Below are positions 36,520 to 47,549 of a DNA stretch of 64,000 nt, piece by piece. Position numbers and translations under genes: made by a program. This DNA is from Schmidtea nova. Its lineage: Eukaryota. The stretch spans positions 488,436,001-488,500,000 of the forward strand of contig CM097882.1 in NCBI GenBank assembly GCA_044892505.1, in the 5' to 3' direction. The notes under the pieces are model-generated. The model was not told where the DNA came from. It made no database searches and saw nothing but the letters and a program-made list of their open reading frames with translations. Within the stretch, counting starts at the first letter, position 1. Each line of letters starts with the position of its first letter.

Positions 36520-39500
36520 CAAAGGCGTCTTTAGAAATTTGTCGCCCCTGTGATATAAAATATAATGCGCCCCTAAAAAAACAATTTTTACAAAAATATA
36601 TTATGTTTATTAATAATATTACACATTATTGCATATACATATATTAATATTATATATTACATCATTTTATTTCAATGACTAGGTTAACAAACGAACAAAA
36701 AAACAATAAAAAAATAATATTAAATTAACATTAGCTTACAAAAATTCAACAGTCTAATGTTTTCTTTAAACAAAAAAATTAAGAAAAAAATAAATTTCTT
36801 TCAAACATAAATATCAAAATATAACATTAAATAGAATTAATATGTATAATGAAGAAAAACGATTACAATATTTTTTTCTTTCTAGATTTATGTCTTGCAA
36901 AACTATCAACTATTTCTTCACAGTCAATACTTTCAAAATATTCAGACTCAATGGCTAATATACTTAAATTATTAAATTTTTCTTGTCGCAAGAAAGAACG
37001 AAGATGATTTTTTAATCTTTTTAGAAGCGAAAAAGATCTTTCACCTGAACAGTTAGTTAATCCTATACTCATAAATATTCTTAACGTAATTTCTATGTTT
37101 GGAAAAGTGGATCCGATATCAGACTCAATTATTGTTTTTAAAATAATTTCTGATTGTGAATTTTCAGTACCAGTTTTGTTATGGACAGTAAAATTTTTAA
37201 AATATAGGCATTCTTCAATTTAACTTTTATCTAGATCGTTCGTGTATATTTCACATAATTTAGAGGCTTTCTCCTTGATTTCAGTATCATCTAAATTTTT
37301 TAAATCGAAAATAAATCCGAATTTTAAATATATTTCATCATAACTACATTTTCTTTTATTTATTTCTAGGAGAAGTTTATCAAGAATTACGTAATATGAA
37401 TTTATACGAAAATTCGTATCACTACAAAAAAAATGATCTGGTGTACTACTTTCGTCGAATTGTTTTTTTCTTTTATGTTGCCTAGTTGTTTTAAAATCTT
37501 GGCACCCAGTTATTAAAATTCTTTCTTTTTATAAAAATTGAAAAACTCTAACTCTCGTTTGCTCTGCAGAAATACATTTAAACTATTATATATTTTAACA
37601 CCTACTTCAATGTTTATTTCAACTTTTTGAAGTGTTTTACTTGCCCCATTAATTGCATTTAATATAACGAACCAAAATGATAGCATTATACCGGTTTCAA
37701 GAAAATTTAATTGTTTTATTAGTCCCTGGGCTTCTATTTTTTCAACTGGTTTTTTCGTTATATCATTAATAATGTTTTGTAGTGCCTTTTTAAAAGACTC
37801 ATATTCTAATTTAAGTGCTTTAACTGCATCCGCTCTAGCAGACCACCGAGTATCACATATTCTTTTTGGAACAAGGCCTTTTGGTCCTATCTCCTTTTTT
37901 TAATAATTCCCACCTAGACGTGGACACCGAAAAAAAAGTGTACAAATTTTGTACAAGCATAAATAGTTTAGTCGCTTCTTGACAACATTCTGTTGAGCTT
38001 TCACCAATTACATTTAACGAATGTGCAGCACATGGAACATAAATTGCAAATTCATTTTTGGCTCTAATACGAGCTTGCAGACCATTATAGACTCCCGACA
38101 TATTAGCAGCATTGTCATAAGATTGCCCTTGACAATCTTGTAAATTTATACCGAAGTTAGACAATGTTTTAATAACTGATTCCTCCATTTCGAAGCTCTT
38201 ATGACCAGTGTTATCTAAAAAGCACAAAAATCTTTCTACCGGAATTCCATCTCTTTTCACATATCTAATAATTATCGCTTATTGGTCTACATGTGAAATA
38301 TCAGGAGTATAATATTTTGCTTCTTTCAATTCTGTGATTATTTTGCTTCTCACATAACATCCCAAGATTTCTATGAATTCATCGCAAATATGTGCTGATA
38401 AATAGGACACATATCCCTTTCCTCTATTTCCATACTCTCTTAGATGCTGTTGAAGCAATGGGTCAAATTTAGCTAAAAGTTCTAAAGAACCTAAATAATT
38501 GCCATTTAATTTATTTCTTAATATCTGATTTTTACCCCTAAATGGAAGTCCCTGGAACTTAGAAACTTTATTACTTCAACTATTCTTGTCAAAATATTTT
38601 TCCAATATCTAATATTTTTAATTTCTTCAGCTTTAAAACTTTGCCTAATACTGGATGTATCATTTAAATTATTTACAAAAATTAGTGTATTATTTTTATG
38701 ATTAACTGAATTCTCATGGTCCGACAATAAATTTGGATGACTCCAATCATTAAAACCTAAAGTGAGACTATTTGTAATAGTTCCAAATAGTTTGCAAAAA
38801 GCACAAAAAAATTTTCCTGTAGATTTAGAAAACCTAACCCAGTTTCTTTTTTTTAATTCACCGTTTACTAATTTCCTATAATATAAATTTTTACTTGCAA
38901 ACCGGTTTTTATTTTTATAAATTATTTTCGAGCTAGAAAAATCTAATTTGCTTACATCTACATCCTTTAAATTACTAATTATTTTGTTTCTTTTTTTGGA
39001 ATTTATATCACCCCAATTTGCGGGGTCTTCGTAATTTACTTGCTCACTACATCCTTCTGAGATAACGTTTGCTGCTCCAGAATTGTTTTCATTATCTATT
39101 GATTCTTCATCAACAGCTGTTATTACACTTATGTTTTGATTTTCCAGCATTTGTTGCGGCTCATTTTCAATTGGTGCAATTGAATTATTTACATCATCAG
39201 TGACTTTAAACAAAGTTTTTAATGTTGGCGTTTTTTCCAATATAGATTTGTCCTTTAATCTTTTTGTTGCATTTAGTTTTCGTCTAGCACATCCGGATAA
39301 TTTTTTCTTTTCCATTTTTATTTTACAAGGGTATCTTTAAAAAAATGTAAAGTTATAAATTGTAATAAAAAATATATTCTTTTCACCTTTTATTTCAAAA
39401 TTAATTCGTAAATGTAGATAACTAGATTATTACAAAATTTTCTTCTCAATTTTTTAAAGTTTTAAAACTTATAAACAAAAATGTCAAAAAATAATAATTA

Positions 39501-40186
39501 TTTTTGCATATATTTAAAATTTTAATTTATATATTAAACTAATTTTTTTTCGATTTTCTTTAATTTTGTTTTGTTTATAATTTTTCAATTTTTCTCCATC
39601 ATCCTTTTCATTTAATATTATTACATTTCAATCGATCAATTGATTCAATTTAACGCATAATCCAAATTGATAATTGATACCATTCACTTTATACATATAT
39701 TTTTTTTCATCACTCGCATAAAAAATTATTTCTTAACTGATATACTATACTTTTTATTAAATAATGTCCAAAGAAAATAATTTTTTTTCACCAATTTAAT
39801 TTTTAATTAAATATTATCTATGGATATATCATATATGCAATATGTTTGTTTATGTTTTTCCTAGGAAAAATAAAATTTTTGTTCCGGTATACAAAATTTA
39901 AAATGTTATAAAAAAGCTTACTATGTGGTTTTGATATTTCACGACCACAATTTACAATTACATATTACAAACCACTGCGACTACGACACTATTTGTTTGA
40001 TTATTTTCAACCAATGGCCTCTCTTGGGAAATTTTTTAAATTATTCATAATTTTTTTTGTAATATCATAAATTATATTTGAAAGTGCAAATTTTATCAAA
40101 TTTATGGATTTTATAAAATTTACGGCGTCCCTTCACTCACGGCGCCCCCTGTGCTTAGCACAGTTAGCACAATGGAAGAGACGGCG

Positions 40187-40189
<3 letters not shown>
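36520..40189 (-). mobile_element. Full-length hAT (ZMYM1/DUF4371-type) element with frameshifted transposase 39315-36863
   Basis: TIRs CAGCGCCGTCTCT / degenerate CAAAGGCGTCTTT, both in (TA)n; FCAFCKLF (TTF-type zinc finger), GQSYDNAANMSG, YVPCAAHSLN, TRWSAR, NCSGERSFSLLKRLK (hATC). Confidence 0.92.
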
Positions 40190-40242
<53 letters not shown>

Positions 40243-40286
40243 TAATTTAGTAAACATGCATAAAACAGAGGCACTACATGGATATA

Positions 40287-40414
40287 TGACAACTCATTAC
40301 AATGGCAACTCATCACAATGACAACTCATCACATTGACAACTCATCACATTGACAACTCATCACATTGACTACTCATCACATTGACAACTCATTACATTG
40401 ACAACTCATCACAC
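40287..40414 (+). repeat. 16-bp tandem array (TGACAACTCATCACAT) x8
   Basis: Eight units with few substitutions, immediately before the MULE relic. Confidence 0.92.
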
Positions 40415-40519
40415 TATATAAATTAAGCTGTTACTTTTTTAAGACTTCAGTGGTGCGTTTAATAAGTCCTTGGTCTAATATAAAATTAAAATAATAACTT
40501 AGTAATTTATTATTGAAAT

Positions 40520-41200
40520 TACCATATAAGTATTGGTCAAAAAATGAAGTTTGTTTTCTTTTATCTTTAAAGGTAAATAAATATTATGGAATGATCATTG
40601 ACAATTTCAAGTTAATAGACAAAAATCCAAAACAAAAAGGCCCATAGCTTTTCTTCAAGCAGAAGTCAAAGGATGCTCCTTTTTCCCTAACAAAATCTGA
40701 TTTTAAAAAATCAACAGTCTTGACCTGAAAATTGGATTTTCAAGGAAATATTGTTGTGAAGCTGGTGATTAAATGTCTCGTATTATTGACACTTATGCAA
40801 ACATAAGTGAAATTGTATTTGACACTATTAGCTAGATTTCTAGATGCGGACATGTACAGTGAGGTTTTCATCTACTTTTTGAGAGTACATTGGGACCCAT
40901 AGTCTCCAATTAGAATCTGGAATCAAAATGATGCAGCTGCTGAGACGACACAAAAACAAACAAATTGCTGTAAAGAATTCCACGATTCACTGAAATCCAT
41001 CTTTCACTGGAGCAAATCTGTATTTGTTACTTATTGGAAGACCTTCAAAAAGAATATGAAAAAAGGAAATATGAACTTATTTATGATCAACTGGCGATAA
41101 TGGTTCAAAAATATCAAAACGTATTTGACAAGCTTAAGTCTTTGCTCAGTGAGAAAAATTTAATTGAGTTTGCTGAAAATAATATTTTGTATTTGCTGTA
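40520..41200 (+). pseudogene. Mutator-like (MULE) transposase relic, catalytic core deleted
   Basis: N-terminal MKFVFFIFKGK...; C-terminal YFLRVHW...IWNQNDAAAETTQKQTNCCKEFHDSLKSIF, resembling the MULE YF..TW...WN...RTNN..EGWH motif. Confidence 0.55.
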
Positions 41201-41235
41201 AATAAATATTATTTAAAAAGGCTTTTGTCTGGTGC

Positions 41236-41579
41236 ATAACTTGTGAGGATTTGAATCATTTGATGAGTGCTGCAAGGAGTGGAGGGACTGCATGTTTGAA
41301 ATTCTCTGGTCAATTGAATGCTGATTTGAGAAAATAAGCTTTTAACATCGTGCAATTTCCACGTTTGCATTTCCTCGTGCCAGGATCCGCCCAATTAACA
41401 TGTCGAGGAAGCAAACAATATCACGCATCAACAGTCCCAGCGGACCACAATGACAGCCAACGACAGGCTTTGAAAGATTCCGATTTGCAACTAGAAAGAA
41501 TAAATATATATTATAACGAGGCTACTGGTGGAACGTATGTTCCCCAAGCAGTTTTGATTGATGTGGAACCAGAAGATTT
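41236..41579 (+). pseudogene. TUBB: Beta-tubulin fragments in permuted order
   Basis: DLNHLMS...[25 protein letters not shown]...STVP (about residues 220-290) followed by [32 protein letters not shown] (about residues 39-70); in-frame stop; ends at the gap. Confidence 0.92.
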
Positions 41580-41900
41580 NNNNNNNNNNNNNNNNNNNNN
41601 NNNNNNNNNNNNNNNNNNNNNNNNNNNNNNNNNNNNNNNNNNNNNNNNNNNNNNNNNNNNNNNNNNNNNNNNNNNNNNNNNNNNNNNNNNNNNNNNNNNN
41701 NNNNNNNNNNNNNNNNNNNNNNNNNNNNNNNNNNNNNNNNNNNNNNNNNNNNNNNNNNNNNNNNNNNNNNNNNNNNNNNNNNNNNNNNNNNNNNNNNNNN
41801 NNNNNNNNNNNNNNNNNNNNNNNNNNNNNNNNNNNNNNNNNNNNNNNNNNNNNNNNNNNNNNNNNNNNNNNNNNNNNNNNNNNNNNNNNNNNNNNNNNNN

Positions 41901-44536
41901 AAAATTAATATATCGTCCAAATAAACCATTACTCCATCTTTTCATAAATCCTTTAATATCTTCGTCATGAGCTCTTGAAAAGTGTCTGATGCTGCTGCGA
42001 TGCAAAACGGTATTCAATTAAAACAGAATTGTCCCTCTTTTGTTAAAAAAGCTGTTTTCTCCTGTGATTCTCTATCCAATCTTACCTGATAGTATGCGTT
42101 TCCAAGGTCAATAGAACTAAAATATTTAGCTCTATGCAAAGCATCTAAGATCTTGTCGACATTGGGCATCGGGATCGCTTGGCTTTCAGTAATTTTGTTA
42201 AGTTGTCTTAAGTCCAAACAAAGTCTAATATCCTTCTTTTCTTTTTTCCAAACGCACACTAACGGGGTGTTCCAGGGTGAATTACACTTTCTTATAATAT
42301 TGTTATCCTTCAGATTTTTAATGCCCATGTTTATTTTCTCTTCCAAGTTTATCGTCTGTCTTCTCGACTTTGTCATTATTGGTCCACCAGTTGTTTCAAT
42401 TTTATGTTCAATTAAATCAATGCATCCAATATTCCACATGTCAGCCATGAAAACACATTTATTTCTCTTTATAATTTCTATAAGTAATTTATCTTCTTTT
42501 ACTTTCAACTTCTCTATCGCATATTGGAATCTTTCTTCATTTGTTATATTCTTCCCAAATTTAGCATCAATTTCACATATACGTTCGTTAAATATTATTT
42601 CATTCTCTTGAATCCATCTTAATTCAATACCAAATTGTTTCTGTAATTCTACACCTCCAATAACATCTGGGACAATATTTTGTACTACAGTAAAGGTCAC
42701 TATTTTTCTCATCTTCCCTATCTTTACATCAATTTGAATTTTACCGATAGTCTCCAATTTACTGTCATTTGCACACCTTAGCATTTCATCTGTTTTTATT
42801 ATCTCGACTTATTCCAGTTTATCCAGTACCGCTTTAGACATTACATTAATTCGTGCTTCTGTATCTAACAAACTCTCAATTCCGCGGCCCTGAATTTCAA
42901 ATGTTATACTTGTTCTACCTTGAATTTTATGATAAGTCATACGAGGTCTTTCGTCTTTCGTAAATATATTTTGTTACACTTTGTTCTTTATATTATCGGA
43001 AATTTCATTAATCCACATAATCTTATCTTCATTAATATCAAATGTTTTTTTAGGAAACTGCATACTTTTTCTCCTGTTCTTTCATCGTTAAACGTTATTT
43101 TTCTGTTCTCCTTTTTTATGATCTTTACTGTCACTTTTATAAACATTAAAATTAGTTTTATTATCAATATTATTACATAAATCTTTACTAACAAATTTAA
43201 AATTATTTACATTATTCAAATTATTTACATTATTATAACCAGCATTTTCATCAAAATCAAAATTACCTAATAAATGGCTCTGATCATCGCCTCCTGTGAT
43301 GGAGCTTCCTCGTTTGAGCATTGCATTTTTTCGTATTTCTCTTCGGCTTCACTTGAATAATTTACTTGATAGTTTGCATCTTGATTTCCAATTGCTGCTA
43401 TCTCTCTTCTATTATACTAATTGTTCTGTTGAAATTGGTCCCCTTTATTTTGATATGCTGCATTATTTCTTCCGTTTTGGCTTATTTTTGGCTTAAATCT
43501 TTCTAGATTTGTATAGCATTCCGTTTCTTTGTGACCTCGTAGATTACATCTCCTACACTGGATGTTTGGACATTCTAGGCGTACGTGTCCATATAATCCA
43601 CATCCAAAACACTGAATCTTTCTCTTCATAGTAGATTCTTGGCTTATATGACCTGGTTTTTGTCATGTCCAGCATACGAAGTTTTTAGTCACTTCCAATG
43701 GTTTTGACATTGGCATCACATTTGTCTGTACAGGTCTTTGAACGGCATTTCTGTAGCTTTTGACAGGCTTCGGATAGGCTATAGGTCGAATGGTGTTAGC
43801 ATGACCTAAAGCTTTATTCATTTTCTCAACTTTTCTAATTGTGCTTTTAATTTCTTCTGACGTCTTTAGTTCTGGCATTTCTATTTCTTTTTTAACTTTT
43901 TTCTCTCGAGTCCCATTCATGAGCAAGCATTTTTAATTTCTTCTTCGTTTCACTCATGTCGTAATAACCTTTTAGTTAATTTCTCTACTTTTTCGAGGAA
44001 GCGGTCTGCTGAATCGGATCTTTATTCATAATTTAGAGATTTTTTTAAGTCTTCGAAAAATGATTTTGGCCTCAAAAATGCTGTTCTCAGCTTTTCCTCT
44101 AATGTTTTTCCTTCAGCTTTTTCATATTTATCATATAATGGTTTATCCAACAGTGTGGTAACCAGAATCATCTGCATCTTGACAGATATTTTCGTAATAT
44201 TAAACGACTTTTGACATTCTTTAATGAATTCTTCCAGGTCATCGTCCCTGTGAAATCTTTCTGGTAACATCCTGCTAATCAATAGGTTTGTTGGCGTGGT
44301 CTCCGTATTAGTAGCAACAATATCGAATTAATTTTCTGTATCCATTAAAAAGATCAAATTATTTGAAGGCTATTCTCCTTTAATTTTGATGTTGATTTAA
44401 ATGCTGGCTTATTTTTAAATAAATAATAACATATATTTTAAGCTTAATTTAATTTATTAATTTAAAATGTTTATATAAAAATTTATGAAATCTGATAAAT
44501 ACAATTTAAATGTTTATTAGCAGTTTTAATTTAAAN
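41901..44536 (-). mobile_element. Second copy of the 9.2-kb Gypsy family (gag, protease, RT N-terminal half), bounded by gaps
   Basis: MISRMLPERF gag, CFGCGLYGHVRLEC, SLLDTEARIN, SPWNTPLVCV, YLDD; colinear, not inverted. Confidence 0.9.
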
Positions 44537-44783
44537 NNNNNNNNNNNNNNNNNNNNNNNNNNNNNNNNNNNNNNNNNNNNNNNNNNNNNNNNNNNNNNNN
44601 NNNNNNNNNNNNNNNNNNNNNNNNNNNNNNNNNNNNNNNNNNNNNNNNNNNNNNNNNNNNNNNNNNNNNNNNNNNNNNNNNNNNNNNNNNNNNNNNNNNN
44701 NNNNNNNNNNNNNNNNNNNNNNNNNNNNNNNNNNNNNNNNNNNNNNNNNNNNNNNNNNNNNNNNNNNNNNNNNNNNNNNNNNG

Positions 44784-44940
44784 TCGCGTCTGTGTGCGCG
44801 TTGTTGAAATTCATTTTGGTCTCGCGTCTGTGTGTGTTTCTGATTTTTAGTTTTTGTGTCGCGTCTGTGTGCGCAGAGTTAGCTTTTTCTCTCTCGCGTC
44901 CGTGTGCGCATTGCTTCTTGTGGTTCTCGTCTGTGTGCGC
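44784..44940 (+). repeat. Five 16-bp repeats (TCGCGTCTGTGTGCGC) with unrelated 15-22-bp spacers
   Basis: Copies at 44784, 44822, 44859, 44894, ~44925; the array starts at a gap edge. Confidence 0.8.
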
Positions 44941-46220
44941 ATTTGTAATAAATTGATTTGGTCGGAATTTTAATTTTAATTGAATTCTGGGATTTTATTA
45001 AGTTTTATTTGAGTTTTTTTTATTGATCCAATTTGGAAATTGGAATTTCGGGATCTTTTCGAATTTTGCTGAATAATTCTTTGGATTGGAATTATTTCTA
45101 GAACTTTGTGGGGATTTAAAATTTGGTGGAATCGTTTGAATTTATTTGTACACTTGGGAAACTGAGTTGTTTTGTCGATGCTCTTTTAAGATTTAATTGG
45201 ATTTCTGTAGATTTAAAAGAAGGAAATTGTTCTCTGTGATTCAAAGAATTGTTCTTGTATTCGTTATGACTGACTCGAATTCGTTTCATGTTACTATAGA
45301 GTTGATCACATCACATTTTGATCATGTCGGCAACGTTCTCATACAAAAGATTTTAATTAGATGGTTGATATTCAAACTGAAGACGGTGTTTTGGAAACGA
45401 AAGATTGTATTTCTATAGATTGTGGAAATAATATTATATTCCCAAGTGATATCAATCCTACTTTTCAATTTAAGAAAGTTAATTGTGGTTCAAAGTCAAT
45501 TGTGTTATCGAGAATTCAAACATCTGACGTACGTCAACAATCCAATGCTGCTTTTGATGATTTTAGATTAAACAGTGATATCTCTGACACTATGACAGGC
45601 GAATTGCTTATTGATGAACAAAAAAGTTTATTAAAAATGGTCTTGGCTCGATTCAATATTGGTAGCAGAGCGTGATTCCCATCAGGGGACCTCGAAAATC
45701 TTGGAACTTAGACAATACTGTTCTGGCTGTCCAGCCAGAACAAGGTACCTTTGTGTAATATTTGTTGTTGTGATTTTTTTGAACAATTTTTTGGTATTTG
45801 TAAAATTTTGTTTTTGTCCTTTGTTGAAGCATTCCCCCCGCTATATTTAAAGATTTTCTGAATAGGGATAGTGGTACTGTAAGGAGAAAAATAGGGATAG
45901 ATGATAAAAGAATAAGGGGACCCGATGGGATTGCAGCGGTATTTTCGAATTTGCTCTTTGAGGGTTATGTAAACGATACGAAAAAGTTAAATTTTACTTG
46001 TTACCAGAATCGAAAGGTTAAAGAAGTAGACAATGGGGGTAAGGTGCGAGAGTTAAGTTTAATTAATGGAAGGGTGGTGAAAGGTGGAATGGCTCTGCCA
46101 CAGGATATTGGAAAAGAATGCTGCTATGAGCCCCAGCATTCTTTTAAATTCGGGGAAAATATGGGTAGGGAAGGTGCTCGTGATAGGTATCCGCAAGGGG
46201 TTGGGCGATCGAGAGAGGTA

Positions 46221-46447
46221 AGGCAGATATTTGTGAAGACTATGGCAGGAAAACTATCACTCTTAAAGTGGTAATTAATTACATAATTGCGGACGTAAAA
46301 GAGAAAATTCACGACAAAGAGGGAATACCACCTAGTCAACAAAGGTTTACTTACAATTGCAAACTATTAAAGGAAGGACATAGACTGCATGATTACCTGA
46401 TACATGATAAATAGACTATTCATCTATCATTGAGATTGTGTCGATGA
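46221..46447 (+). pseudogene. Decayed ubiquitin domain (76 codons)
   Basis: RQIFVKTMAG(K)TITLKV...VKEKIHDKEGIPPSQQR...LHDY...HLSLRLCR*; one 1-bp deletion near 46251 and two stops; about 41/76 identical to ubiquitin by manual count. Confidence 0.93.
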
Positions 46448-47284
46448 AATGGTGAGGAGGAGGAATTAGAGGAAGGATTGAGAAAGAAGAAGAGTGTTAA
46501 ATATAGATTGACGAGATTGAGAAATAAATGAATGAATGATATGCTGGCAAAAGATGCATCACATGTGTTTGATGAATATTAGAAAGCAATGGAAAGTGCT
46601 TAAGAGTTTTGAAAGACTGTTCGACATCAGCAAAAGATTAGGAAGGTCAGATACAACAACTGTGCTAGATGGGGATTTAAAAGAGATTGAAGAAAAGAAT
46701 GATAAGGTGGAAGAGCTAATTTCGTCAAAAGCCAATCTGCCCGTTAGGTCGAACGACAACAACACAATAAAAGAGGTAGGTGGGAATGAAACAAAGAAAA
46801 ACTAGATAAAATGCAGAAAATACGAATCCAGATATTTGATGGACAACAGAAAGAATACGAAAGTTGGAGAGCTGCTTTCCATGCTTGTGTGGATAGTGCA
46901 CATGCTGAGGATGATGAAATTATGTTACACCTTCAATCATATCTGAAAGGTGAACCGTTAAAGTTGATCGAAAATTTAGGATTTTCTTCAACCGGTTACC
47001 AAATGGCTAAGGAAAATCTCAATAGAAGATATGGCGGTGAAGAACAAAATTATTTAGTTGCTTTTGAAGACATAGACAGATTCCGACCCATTTGTGAAAA
47101 TGGTATGCTAGAAATAGAGGCATTCGTTGGATTATTAGAAACCCTGGAAGTTAGAATAATTAATATTAGACGAGAGGACGAAATGAAGAACAGTTATTTA
47201 TTGAAGAGATGCCTATTATTATTAGATGCTATTAGATGCTATTACTATAGAAAATTTAATAACAGAATCAACCAAAGAAAATAA
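46448..47284 (+). pseudogene. BEL/Pao gag relic (coiled coil plus DUF1759-like)
   Basis: KKKSVKYRLTRLRNK; IRIQIFDGQQKEYESWRAAF...LQSYLKGEPLKLIENLG...AKENLNRRYG. Confidence 0.8.
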
Positions 47285-47549
47285 AATCAATTATGGAATA
47301 ATAAAACTAAAGAAATTGTCTAAAAGAATTTTCAAGCAAAAACGAAAAATCAATAACAAAATCAAAGGACAATAGCAAACAAGACTACTGAATAACTAAG
47401 GAAGAAACTATGGAAAATAATTAAAAATTGCAAATAAGAAGGTTATAAAAGTTTTGATTAAGCATTCGCTGTGAGTACTGGTTACTTTTTATTCTTCTTT
47501 GATTAAATAAAAGTTGTTAAAGTTGGTTTAATTTTTATTCATTCTTTGT

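Larger units (their letters stand above)
30592..40278 (-). mobile_element. Deleted Gypsy element (gag joined to RNase H end/integrase) acting as host for nested insertions
   Basis: 3' LTR 30592-30848 (minus strand TGTAG...CCACA). 5' LTR split into ~35685-35880 and ~40240-40278 by a hAT insertion. Integrase 31100-32290. gag-like relics 33444-33566 and 35320-35600. Confidence 0.7.

Noticed and set aside
44784-44940. CRISPR array
   Set aside because: Repeats are only 16 bp and non-palindromic, spacers are short and low-complexity, there are no cas genes, and the context is eukaryotic.
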